From Vezdaea acicularis (lineage: Eukaryota), in assembly GCA_026025075.1 (NCBI GenBank), contig JAPEUI010000015.1:62001-126000 (forward strand): a stretch of DNA of 64,000 nt, in the 5' to 3' direction. Positions 49,098 to 59,536 of the stretch are shown here, piece by piece. The position numbers and the translations under genes are program-made. A model generated the notes under the pieces. It ran no database searches. It was not told the DNA's origin and saw nothing but the letters and a program-made list of their open reading frames with translations. Every line of letters starts with the position of its first letter. The first letter of the stretch is position 1.

Positions 49098-50520
49098 ATG
49101 TCCTCAGCCTTCAAAAAGGCCTACTGGTCAGCGGCAATTGCAATCGGGTTTTATGCCGCAATAGTTGGCGTTCTTACTGTACCATGGGTTCAGCGACAGT
49201 GAGATCAGAAAGATTAAAGCTTGCATCTCTTGCTAACCTGGAAGTTTAGGGCATTATACGTCCACAACCTGAATCTGCAGTGGTGGCACGATACCGATAA
49301 GCCAGAGCTATTCGGATTTGCGAGTACAAGTTTTCCAGAGAATTCATATATATAAGGTCCCGGCTTATACTCTCTAAGAGAATCAAGTCACGTCCTTTCC
49401 AATACGAACAACAGACGGAGAAGTTTTATACGCATGGCTCATCATACCGTTATCAGTATACTTCAAGCATGAAGAGGCCTTTGTTCAGCAGCCTTCGGGC
49501 ATAGTGAAAGACATTAAGGAGACTCTTGCTTTCAAAACGTTCATGGCGGACACGGAAAGGCGTCTTGTGATCAGTTGTAAGTGGCAGAGGGGGCCTTCAA
49601 AATCGCAGAGTTTGGCTGACCTGAACAAGTCCATGGAGTAAGATGATGTCTCTGTTGCTCGTCGGCTTCGTGCTGACTTTCTAGAACGCTGGGACTGTTT
49701 CCGGAGGCTGGCGGACAGATATGTATCGGTCCCTCTCATCCGGAGCCGCCGAAAGCACATATGTATTGACCATAGACTATCGCGGATTTGGATACTCTAC
49801 AGGCTCTCCGACAGAACAAGGTGTCATCACCGACGCCGTCAGTACAATCGGATGGGCAATGGAAGAAGCAAAAGTGCCTCCCAAGCGCATTGTACTTGCA
49901 GGCCAAAGCCTTGGAACCGCAGTCCTATCCGCCGCTGCTGAGCACTTCATAACTCAGAAACCGAAGATTGAGTTTGCTGGACTAATCCTAATTGCAGGAT
50001 TCACGGATCTTCCAACACTCTTACTCACATACAAGATTGGTGGATTCTTTCCAGTTCTTGGAATCCTCCGCCCATATCCAGCCCTGCAAAAGTGGTTTGC
50101 GAACCTCATCGTTGACACATGGAAGAGTGCAGAGCGGCTAGGTACGATTGTTCGAAATAGCGACAGGCTCCGACTCACATTCATAAGCGCTGTCAACGAT
50201 GATGATATCCCATATAAACATTCGGATGCCCTCTTCTATGCAGCTGCCAACGCGACCGATGACATAGGACACACGATCGGTCAGATCGATGAGATGAGAA
50301 GTACTGTAGTAACCGGCGATGGCGGCTGGGTTCATATTTGGGGTACTGGGATCTCTTGGATTGGGGGAAAAGATGTCATTATCCGTCAAGATCTTCTGAA
50401 GCATGGTGGTTCGTATCCCTGGCACTACAGCGACTGCTTGCTAACAGTCTGATAGGACACAACCGGCTGTCAACTTATGCTCCAGTACCATTGGCTGTCT
50501 TGAGATCATTTAGAGGGTAG
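49098..50520 (+). CDS. Alpha/beta hydrolase (ABHD12/Bem46-like) with N-terminal TM anchor
   Basis: FHGNAGT, IDYRGFGYSTGSPTEQG, GQSLG nucleophile elbow, terminal GGHN; five introns, including those flanking an 8-nt exon at 49630-49637. Confidence 0.88.
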
Positions 50521-50880
50521 AGATGTCCCTCATACGTTCTATCAAGTTACCCTCCATCTGTTTACAAGTGCGAAAAGGGGAAGTAGAAGGTTGGATCTAG
50601 AAGCGATCTTACGATCTTCACGGATGTGACATATATATACTAATACCCTCACTTGTTCTTCGGTGGAGTGGTCATGTAACTATACCAATAGAATAACACA
50701 GATGTTATCGAGAGACCAAAAGTGCACTTGAGCAAAGAAACGTAGTAGCCAATCAAGGGCCTCGCTTCGCGCCAAGCCCGAACCTCGAAAGATATTCTGA
50801 ACCGCGCAAACATCACGCTCATCTCTTCCCTGACTCCCAATCCTCCGACTCCCGACAGGATGTCGACAATTTACCATAGA

Positions 50881-51243
50881 ATGCGACTACTCCCGATCCG
50901 ATCCCTCCTCCCACATGTTATCCGCACCTATCTCCCTTCCCAAACCCGGCACCTTTCCCTCCTCCGCCTTCCATCAATTCTCGCGCGGAAACGACCTGCA
51001 AGCGCATCCTATGCCCTCACGCAGTCGCAAGCTCGGGGCATGAAGGTGCGCAGCTCCGTCAAAAAGTTGTGCGATGGATGCAAGGTACGTTTATGTGGTT
51101 TCCACCGTCCTTCATACCATAGGATTGGGTGGATTGGTTGGGATGACGCTGACTGCAGCTGTCGAGAATAGAGCGTGAGGAGGAAGGGTTATGTGTACAT
51201 CATCTGTTCGAAGAACCCGAAACATAAGCAACGACAAGGATAG
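50881..51243 (+). CDS. RTC6: Mitochondrial ribosomal protein bL36m
   Basis: Presequence followed by MKVRSSVKKLCDGCK|SVRRKGYVYIICSKNPKHKQRQG*; intron at 51085-51172. An alternative ATG lies at 50860. Confidence 0.9.
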
Positions 51244-51951
51244 GATAGGAAGAGATCAATCAAGGTGGGCTAGGCTAGCTTAGAACTACCACAGGGAGTA
51301 AGGTTGAGCGGTCGAGAGCTGGGAGCGGAAGGGGAGGGGAAAAGAGTGTAAATACGATTAGGGAATAGAGCATCGGGAAGGCGTCTGGAGGTATTGCTGC
51401 TCTTGCATTAAGATATCGAGGCAATTGTCACAGCTTTCGTACGAATTGATCCATGGCCAATGCAAGTCAAGCGCAGAGACCTACTCGAATCATGACCGAA
51501 CAATATGCTACATATGGACTACCACCGCCCCCACCATCGCATGCTCCATCGTACGTGCTACTCCCTTTTGAGCCATCATAAAAATAGGCGCTACTAGGGA
51601 GGGTAAAAGGTGTGCGAAGTGGGGGAAAGCTGCTTGCGAAGGACTTCGAAATGAACGCCAATACCTAGCTATGCGTTTTCGAGTCTATCTATACTGGGAG
51701 GGCCCAGCTTTGAAGCATTGACAAAAGAACTGGATTCACTTCAAGTCCGTGGACATATGTCTTGCAGATTCTGGGATCTGCTTTGATATAGATCAATGTT
51801 ATAGTCTACTTCATGTCAATCCAGCCTTAGATTGATTCCAGTCATCCATGATAGCGACCACCTAGTCTATTTGTAACTCCAGGCCAGATTCTCTAAGCAG
51901 ATTTCTGAGCTCAAGAATATGCAAATTGACTTCTCAGTCAATGTAGTAAAC

Positions 51952-53781
51952 TTAGTCCCTCATAAACCTCCGGTACACCTCATTATTCGTTTCCTCTCTA
52001 TAGGGGTAGCCCAGCTTCTTTAAGAACGTTTCCAGATCCTCCCGCTTCTCAAACGGGCACTGAATTCCGACAAGCGCCTTCCCAACATCGCCACCATAGT
52101 TGCGATAGTGGAACAAGCTGATGTTGAATCCCGGCGTTAGTGTCGTCAAAAACTTGAACAATGCCCCTGGCCTCTCTGGGAACTCGAAAGCATAGAGTCG
52201 CTCATCTGCTGCGCTACTTCTTCCTCCAACCAGGTACTGTATATGCGACTTGGCAAGCTCGTCCTCGCTGAGATCGACAGCCAACATGCCTTCATCCTTG
52301 AGGCGAGCGAGGAGGTCAGTTAGCTGAGCATCCCGTTCTGCAGCTCTTATGGAGATGCCCAGCATGACATTTGCTGACTCAGGTACTGCGTAGCGATAGC
52401 TAAAGGCAGTCACCGCATGTGGTTGGACTCCCTTAACCAGCTCTGCAAACGACCCTGGTCGTTCTGGGATATTTACGCTCAGTAGTGCTTCCTTCTTCTC
52501 TCCGAACGCTGCCCGTTCCGCCACAAATCGAAGTCTGTCGAAGTCCATGTTGGCGCCCGAAGCTAGAGCTACCAGTCCTCGCTTTGATTTTCGTGATGGA
52601 TTCGCTGCGACGTATTTCTTAAGGCCTGCGACCGCGAGCGCCCCCGCTGGCTCGACGATAGACCGAGTTTCTTCGAACACGTCCTTGATAGCGGCGCAAG
52701 TCTCGTCGGTATTGACAAGGATAACATCGTCCACTACCTCCTGGCACAACCTGAACGTCTCCTCACCTACCGTCTTGACGGCAGCTCCATCTGCAAAGAG
52801 TCCTACTTCTTTAAGGACAACTCGGCGACCCTCTTTAATGCTTTGTACCATAGCATTCGCGTCATGCGTTTCGACGCCTATGATCTTGACATGGGGAGCA
52901 ATACGCTTCATGTAAGCTCCAATGCCCGCTATAAGGCCTCCGCCGCCAACGCAGCAAAACACAGCTTCAAGATCTTCTAGGTTTGTTTGCCGCAATAACT
53001 CCATTCCAATAGTGCCCTGACCAGCAATCACGTAAGGGTCGTCGAAAGGTGCAATATTCGTAAGCCCATAGAGCTTCTCTCGTCTTTGTGCTTCCTCCTT
53101 TGCGGCGTCGAAGTCTTCTCCGTGCAATACAACACTTCCGCCCAGTCTTGCAACGTTGAGATGTTTGATACTCGGAGTTCCCTCGGGCATAACTATGGTC
53201 GCTGGAATTTTGAGTTTCTTCGCGGAGTAGGCGACTCCTTGAGCATGATTGCCTGCCTCGAGTCAGCATTACCTATATCCAATTGTGCCGACAAAGCATA
53301 CCCGCTGAAACAGCAATGACGCCTTTCCACCGAGCCTTTGAATCTAGGTGCGCCATCTTATTGTACGCTCCTCGGAGCTTGAAGCTAAAAACTGGTTGAA
53401 GGTCCTCACGCTTAAGCATGACGTTACATTCTAATCGGTTGCTCAAGTTAATGGCAGGGGTGAGGGGTGTTTCTTTGACCACCTCATATACCTTGGAGGT
53501 GAGAATGAGGCGCAGGTACTACCATTTCCGTGAGCAACTTTCTTCTTAAGATCCCACAGCCTACTTCCACGCCTTTTGGCTGGGCGACCTTTAGATTGGG
53601 AGCCAGGACATACATCAGGTGTGCCATTTGGCAATCGAAAGATCTCCGGGACCAAGGTTTGTGGGCTGGAGGAAGTCGCCCTTGGTGGTGACGGATTAGC
53701 AGAATACTCGGTCAATGCCAAGCCATTGACATTTGGTGTGCCCGGCCTTGAGTCACCATTGGCTAGATATGAATGAGGCAT
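51952..53781 (-). CDS. ILV1: Biosynthetic threonine dehydratase
   Basis: [18 protein letters not shown] (PLP lysine), [24 protein letters not shown] and two ACT-like regulatory domains (PERPG); two introns. Confidence 0.95.
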
Positions 53782-53932
53782 CTTGGAAAAAATACAAGAT
53801 GAAGCTGTGCGAGCCGTCCGCAAAGTAACGCAAAGGTGATAGCAGAAGTGAAGCGACGATCCTCTGCCGTTTGAAGGAACAGCTTGAGTCCCTGGCGCTC
53901 CGGACCGGACTCTTTACTTGTAAAAGCCTTTA

Positions 53933-53939
53933 TGAGTCA
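53933..53939 (-). promoter_or_regulatory. Gcn4/CpcA (general amino-acid control) element TGACTCA upstream of ILV1
   Basis: Perfect TGACTCA about 150 nt upstream of the ILV1 ATG. ILV1 is a known Gcn4 target in yeast; function here is inferred. Confidence 0.55.
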
Positions 53940-54221
53940 ACAGCCGTAGCGCCATGATTTTCAGTACAAACACAAGTCCATTCAACCATGCATCCGCGTA
54001 GTCAATGTGTATGGCGGGGCAAATGGCAAGTTGATGCTACGGTATTTCCGAGAAATTTCGTTGGTGGGTTGCACCCTTGCGAGCCCGAAATTTTGTCGCC
54101 CAACGGAGCTTCCCATCCTCCGAGGTCTCGGCTAGTGACCTCATTACGCCCGAGGCATACATGTAGCATCAATCAGACATGTCCATGCGGGCACACAACC
54201 ACAGCTGAAGTACGAGGCGCC

Positions 54222-54760
54222 ATGTCAAACAATACGCCGCTTCCGTCGTCTTTTGACAATGACAAGTCTGTCACAAATTTGTTGGCATTATAGTATGCTT
54301 TGCTGATCATGATACAGGGATTTCTACGAGGAGAACCGATGGCAGAAATTCTCTCGGCGCCTCAAAGAAGAGCCTCTTGTCCCCCTAGGTCCGCTCCACA
54401 TTCTTAAACCCTACGATTGAATCACGTTTGACACCACTACTTTCAGGATGTTTGGTCACATGCTATGCCCTCTATAGGGCCTCGGTTGCAATGCGTAAAG
54501 GAGATCATCACACTACGAACCGGATGTTCCGAGCGCGCATATATGGGCAAGGCTTCACATTATTAGCAATTGTGGCCGGATCATACTATTATCAACATGA
54601 CAGGGACAAGCGAAAGGAGTTCGAGGGTAAGGTTGCAGAGAAGAAGGCGACGGAGAAGAGGGACGCCTGGATCAGGGAGCTAGAGGCCAGGGATAGAGAG
54701 GATCAGGAGTATAAGGCGCAAATGAGGGCCGCTCGAGAGGCAGCGGAAAGGAGAAGTTGA
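54222..54760 (+). CDS. RCF1: Respiratory supercomplex factor 1 (HIG1 domain)
   Basis: [45 protein letters not shown] and [13 protein letters not shown]; two introns. Confidence 0.92.
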
Positions 54761-55007
54761 TCATTTTTACTGCATCACAACTGCTTTTTAAGAGCTTGTA
54801 CTGTGTCGTGTCTTATTAGAGATTGGAATGGCATTGGGATTGGCGTTAGGATATGCACCTCTTTCTGAGCCGGTTACAATATTCAAAGACTCCAATGGGC
54901 TGGCCCTGAACAATGATTTGTCCTAGCTGCTCAGACTGCGCAGGACAGATTTCTACTACCCTTTCCCCTCAGCAATCGCATGTGAACTAGCGTCTCAGCT
55001 GATACAG

Positions 55008-55462
55008 CTATTGCCTTGCTTGCTCGTCAACATATCTACTCATCTCTATGAACTGAGTCCTGCCAGTCGATATCAAGTACTTGATCTTCTCCAGGTCAGT
55101 GACGTTCTTATGTAGTTCGAACTCATCCCTCGCAAAACGTCGCATTTCATCGCGCGTTGAGGAAGCCGGGATCTCTATAGCACAATTAGCATCCACTCAT
55201 CGCAGAGCTGATCCGCTGTAGTATCTCTCACTGTGTATTGCCCGTAATATCTCTCGCCAGAGCGCGAGGGCTCTACCTCTCTGCAGAAACTAACACGAGT
55301 CATCAGAATTAAACCTCTGAGTGCGTCGGAGAGCCTGCATACATGATCCAAGCTCAAGGGCGCTTTCCGAAAAGACCGCTTCCGTGGCGGATGGGCAGAG
55401 TAGGCTCTAGAGGGGCATCGAATGCCCCTTCGTACAGTTTCATTCCATGTTCGCCATATCAT
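55008..55462 (-). CDS. LYR-motif mitochondrial protein (LYRM2-like)
   Basis: Spliced LSLDH|FLQRGRALALWREILRAIHK|IPASSTRDEMRRFARDEFE...IKYLISTG, preceded by an Arg-rich presequence. Confidence 0.8.
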
Positions 55463-56179
55463 CGCTCGGCCGCTTTTCAACAACCTGTTAGGTATCAAGT
55501 CAATGAAAAGTTGGAATTGAGCTTCTTATGGATGATGTTGCGGGAGGCGGCGCGCTCTCGGAAGTCGGTGACGGTCCTCCGAGGTTCGCGCGGAATTGCT
55601 CCGCTGAACCAATGGGGACGCCTTGGGAAAGGGATGGTGCTCGATAGCTAAGTTTTAATGATATCGATGTTTGACATGCTTTTATAAGCCCGAGCTTTGG
55701 CCCTCAAATTTTTCCTTTAATTTTGCAATTATCTAGAATTTGTCATGGTGGTGAATGGGTTCCTGGAAGAAAATCGAATGGTTCGAACGGTACGGTGGGG
55801 GACTTGTCAATGACTTTCGGAATTCATGAGTCCTCAATATTGACGCTGAACGCTTCAAGGGATGCCAATTCATGGATACAAAGAATTTCCGCGCCAAATA
55901 GAACTAGAAATCAATCCAAGTCCCTAAAACGACATCTTCCACGTACTCTGAGAGCGCGTAAGTGGCAGTATACCAGTTTGGGAATATTTGAGCTTTTTGT
56001 CTTTCCACTGCCGAAAATCCCCCGACATACTCGGTACTGGTGGCACTCTTTCGACTTGAACAGACCAAGCCTCACGCCTGATCGCAATGATAGAGCTTGG
56101 CTTCATATGCATATATAACGGAGGGGTTCAAAATATATACCGACTCGGATCAAAATGATGCTGGTATCTCATATACAAC

Positions 56180-59100
56180 ATGCGCCGGGGCTTTGTCTAC
56201 TTGAGTGCATGGTCTTCAACCCTCCAGCTCCCACGAACCTCCTTTCCGTCAAGGATCGACTTGACAGCGCAGTCTACTCGCCTCTCAAGATGTACCGATG
56301 ACCTCTACAAATGGCAGCGTAGACATCGACCCGCTGAAAGTGTCTTCGTCCTCCACGATGGGCCACCATACGCGAATGGTGATCTACATATCGGGCACGC
56401 ACTCAATAAGATCCTCAAGGACTTTATCTGCCGCTTTCAGTTGACTCAGAATAGAAGAGTTGACTTTGTGCCTGGATGGGATTGCCATGGACTGCCCATT
56501 GAGCTCAAGGTTCTCCAGCAAATGGAAAGCGAAGCTTCGAAGAAAGATCGTAAAGCCACAGCGAACGACCCGGCTGCGCCTGATGACCTCAAAGCTGTTC
56601 CTGGGCAGTTCTATGAACGCAAAAGTCCAGTAGTAGTTCGAAATGCGGCCCGAAAACTAGCATCAGCCACAATCGAGAGCCAAATGGAACAATTCAAGAG
56701 ATGGGCAATCATGGCGGATTGGAACAATTCTTATACGACGATGCAAAGATCCTTTGAGCTGAAGCAACTACGTGTCTTCCAGAAGATGCTTAGTCGAAAG
56801 CTTATTAACCGCCGTTATAAGCCAGTTTATTGGTCACCGTCATCAGAGACAGCTCTCGCTGAAGGCGAACTCGAATACAAGGATGATCACAAATCGTGTG
56901 CGGCTTTCGTAAAGTTTCCAGTCACTAAGGTAGACAAACTACTAGAGCTTCAGGGAGTAGATATCGAGAAGCTTGATATTCTGATTTGGACCACGACTCC
57001 ATGGACAATACCAGCGAATAAGGCTATCGCAGTGCACTCAGATATTGAGTACTCCGTTATCGAATGTCCAAGCTATGGCAATCTTTTGGTCGCTAAATCC
57101 AGGATCCCATATATTGTGGCTGAGTGCTTAAAGGCCCCTTATGAAGTGATTGTGGATTCGATACCGGGGCGGGCTATTGCTGGAAGCCTTCTTTATAGAA
57201 ACGTCTTTCAGGGCGAGGCTGGGCCAGAGCAACCAATTATTGAAGCCTCATTTGTCTCCGAGGACTCTGGATCAGGGCTCGTACATTGTGCTCCTGGCCA
57301 TGGCATGGACGATTACGAGGTTTGCTTGCGGTACGGAATCAAAGCCGTTGCCCCAGTGGATGACCACGGGAGATTTACCAAGAGTGCAATGGCCGAAGCT
57401 CCTAACCGACTCTCAGGCTTAGCAGTGCTCAAAGAAGGGAACAAAGCTGTCCTAGACTATTTGCAGAGCGTAGGACTGCTACTTCGGACTCATCAGTATC
57501 GTCACAAGTACCCGTACGACTGGCGCACCAAGCTTCCCGTGATCGTCAGGGCGACAGAACAGTGGTTTGCTGACGTCAATGGAATCAAGGGCGCCGCAAT
57601 GAAATCTCTTGAGGATGTCAGATTTATTCCCGAGTCTGGAAGGTCTAGACTGGAGAGTTTCGTTCAGGGTCGCAGCGAATGGTGCATTTCGCGGCAGCGC
57701 GCTTGGGGTGTGCCAATTCCAGCGCTATATGACAAAAGGAATGGAAAGCCACTTCTCACAGAGGAGAGTGTCTCACATATAATTTCTGTGATTGAGGAGC
57801 GTGGGATTGACGCTTGGTGGACGGACTCTGAAGATGACATATCCTGGGTGCCGCCGAAGCAAGCCTTTGAATCCAACGAATACGTTCGTGGGAAGGATAC
57901 TATGGACGTTTGGTTCGATAGTGGGACTAGCTGGACCACAATTGCAGCCGATGCGTCGCAGGCTGGTAGATCATGCGCGGATGTTTACCTAGAAGGTACT
58001 GACCAGCACCGGGGATGGTTCCAGTCGAGCCTTTTGACCCGTATTGCACATCAGCACCAGTCTGGGGTAGGAACCTCAGATCCACCGGCCGCACCCTTCG
58101 CAACACTGATCACCCACGGATTTGCGCTCGATGGTGATGGGAAGAAAATGAGCAAGTCGCTTGGGAATGTGATCGATCCAAAGTGTATTATTCAAGGGAG
58201 GTTGGACGGTGAACAGACCGCGAGACCTGCTCAAGAAGGGAAGAGTTCAAGGTCTTATCTAGGACCCGATGGTCTCCGTCTCTGGGTTGCAGGTTCCGAC
58301 TACACTAAAGACGTTATTATTAGCTCTGCCGTCCTTAAGGGCGTTGCAACGAATCTCCAAAAGCTCCGCATCACGTTCAAGCTACTCCTCGGCCTCTTAT
58401 CTGACTTTAATCCCCAGAGAGTCATCCCCTACGCCGACCTCATCCCTATTGACAAAGTCGCTCTGCACTATCTTGCCGAGACGAACCAAGCCGTTCTCTC
58501 CAGTTTCCACGCCTACGAATTCCACAAAGGCCTCCGTATTCTCAATCAATGGCTCGTGAACGACCTCTCCGCCTTCTACATCGAAACAGCAAAAGACCGC
58601 CTCTACACCGACGCCCAAGACAGCATATCTCGTCGCGCAGCCCAGACTGTCGCCTTCCATACACTGGAGAACTTGCTGGGCATGCTAGCGCCCATCACAC
58701 CGCTTCTCATCGAAGAGGTATGGAGCCACACCCCAGTTGCGCTTCAGGAAAACTCTGTGCATCCCCTCCAACGTCTCTGGCCAGCGATACCGCCAGAATG
58801 GTTCAACGAGAGCCTCAAAGCCGAATTCGAGGTCTTGCGAAGAGTTGGCACCTCCATCAAAGACCGCCAGGAAGAGGCGCGAGTGCGGAAGCTCATGGGC
58901 TCGTCGTTGTCGTGTGACGTTACGCTGGGCTTTCCAGATGCGCCACCTACTGGAGCGGATTTGTACGAGGTGTTCAAGAAGTACGAAGGCCTTTTGGCGG
59001 ATCTGTATGTGGTATCGGGTCTCACGCTCAAGCGGCACTCTGAGCTCGACGCACAGGAGAAAGACGGGATGCGGCTGAATAAGGGCACCGAGAAGGGTGC

Positions 59101-59284
59101 TCTGGCTGGGGTGGGTGTGCTTATCAGCAGCCCTGCTAGAGAACAGTGTGTGAGGTGTTGGAAGTATGTGGTCGAGGAGAAGAAGCCGCAGCAAGAGATG
59201 CTCTGCAAGCGGTGTGAAAATGTCGTGAGGGCTTTGCCTGGAGGTAGTGCGAATGAGAGCGGTGTTGCTGCGACGGCGGCTTAG
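56180..59284 (+). CDS. ISM1: Mitochondrial isoleucyl-tRNA synthetase
   Basis: LHDGPPYANGDLHIGH, GWDCHGLPIE, WTTTPWT, WCISRQRAWGVPIP, EGTDQHRGWF, KMSKS and C-terminal CVRCW..CKRC zinc site (bacterial-type IleRS). Confidence 0.95.
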   Translation: MRRGFVYLSAWSSTLQLPRTSFPSRIDLTAQSTRLSRCTDDLYKWQRRHRPAESVFVLHDGPPYANGDLHIGHALNKILKDFICRFQLTQNRRVDFVPGWDCHGLPIELKVLQQMESEASKKDRKATANDPAAPDDLKAVPGQFYERKSPVVVRNAARKLASATIESQMEQFKRWAIMADWNNSYTTMQRSFELKQLRVFQKMLSRKLINRRYKPVYWSPSSETALAEGELEYKDDHKSCAAFVKFPVTKVDKLLELQGVDIEKLDILIWTTTPWTIPANKAIAVHSDIEYSVIECPSYGNLLVAKSRIPYIVAECLKAPYEVIVDSIPGRAIAGSLLYRNVFQGEAGPEQPIIEASFVSEDSGSGLVHCAPGHGMDDYEVCLRYGIKAVAPVDDHGRFTKSAMAEAPNRLSGLAVLKEGNKAVLDYLQSVGLLLRTHQYRHKYPYDWRTKLPVIVRATEQWFADVNGIKGAAMKSLEDVRFIPESGRSRLESFVQGRSEWCISRQRAWGVPIPALYDKRNGKPLLTEESVSHIISVIEERGIDAWWTDSEDDISWVPPKQAFESNEYVRGKDTMDVWFDSGTSWTTIAADASQAGRSCADVYLEGTDQHRGWFQSSLLTRIAHQHQSGVGTSDPPAAPFATLITHGFALDGDGKKMSKSLGNVIDPKCIIQGRLDGEQTARPAQEGKSSRSYLGPDGLRLWVAGSDYTKDVIISSAVLKGVATNLQKLRITFKLLLGLLSDFNPQRVIPYADLIPIDKVALHYLAETNQAVLSSFHAYEFHKGLRILNQWLVNDLSAFYIETAKDRLYTDAQDSISRRAAQTVAFHTLENLLGMLAPITPLLIEEVWSHTPVALQENSVHPLQRLWPAIPPEWFNESLKAEFEVLRRVGTSIKDRQEEARVRKLMGSSLSCDVTLGFPDAPPTGADLYEVFKKYEGLLADLYVVSGLTLKRHSELDAQEKDGMRLNKGTEKGALAGVGVLISSPAREQCVRCWKYVVEEKKPQQEMLCKRCENVVRALPGGSANESGVAATAA

Positions 59285-59536
59285 AGGCTCCTCAGCCCAA
59301 GCTGGTTGTGTCCCGCATGTATTCTTCTACGGTGTGCTGTACCATAGCGTGTCCGCTTTTCCTTCACTCCACTCTACACATTGTGAACAGCATGATACCC
59401 TCCTGTCGGAGTTTACAGAACGCGGGGTGTCAACTCGATCGATCTTCAAAGTTCTTAGATTTGAATAAGTAAAGCGAGAGTTACCAAAACACCACCAACA
59501 AATGAAAGATCTAAACGAGCGTCTACAGTTTCCCCC

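Noticed and set aside
55723..56118. 131-aa ORF upstream of ISM1
   Set aside because: Non-ATG start, no recognisable domain, and it lies in the divergent promoter region.
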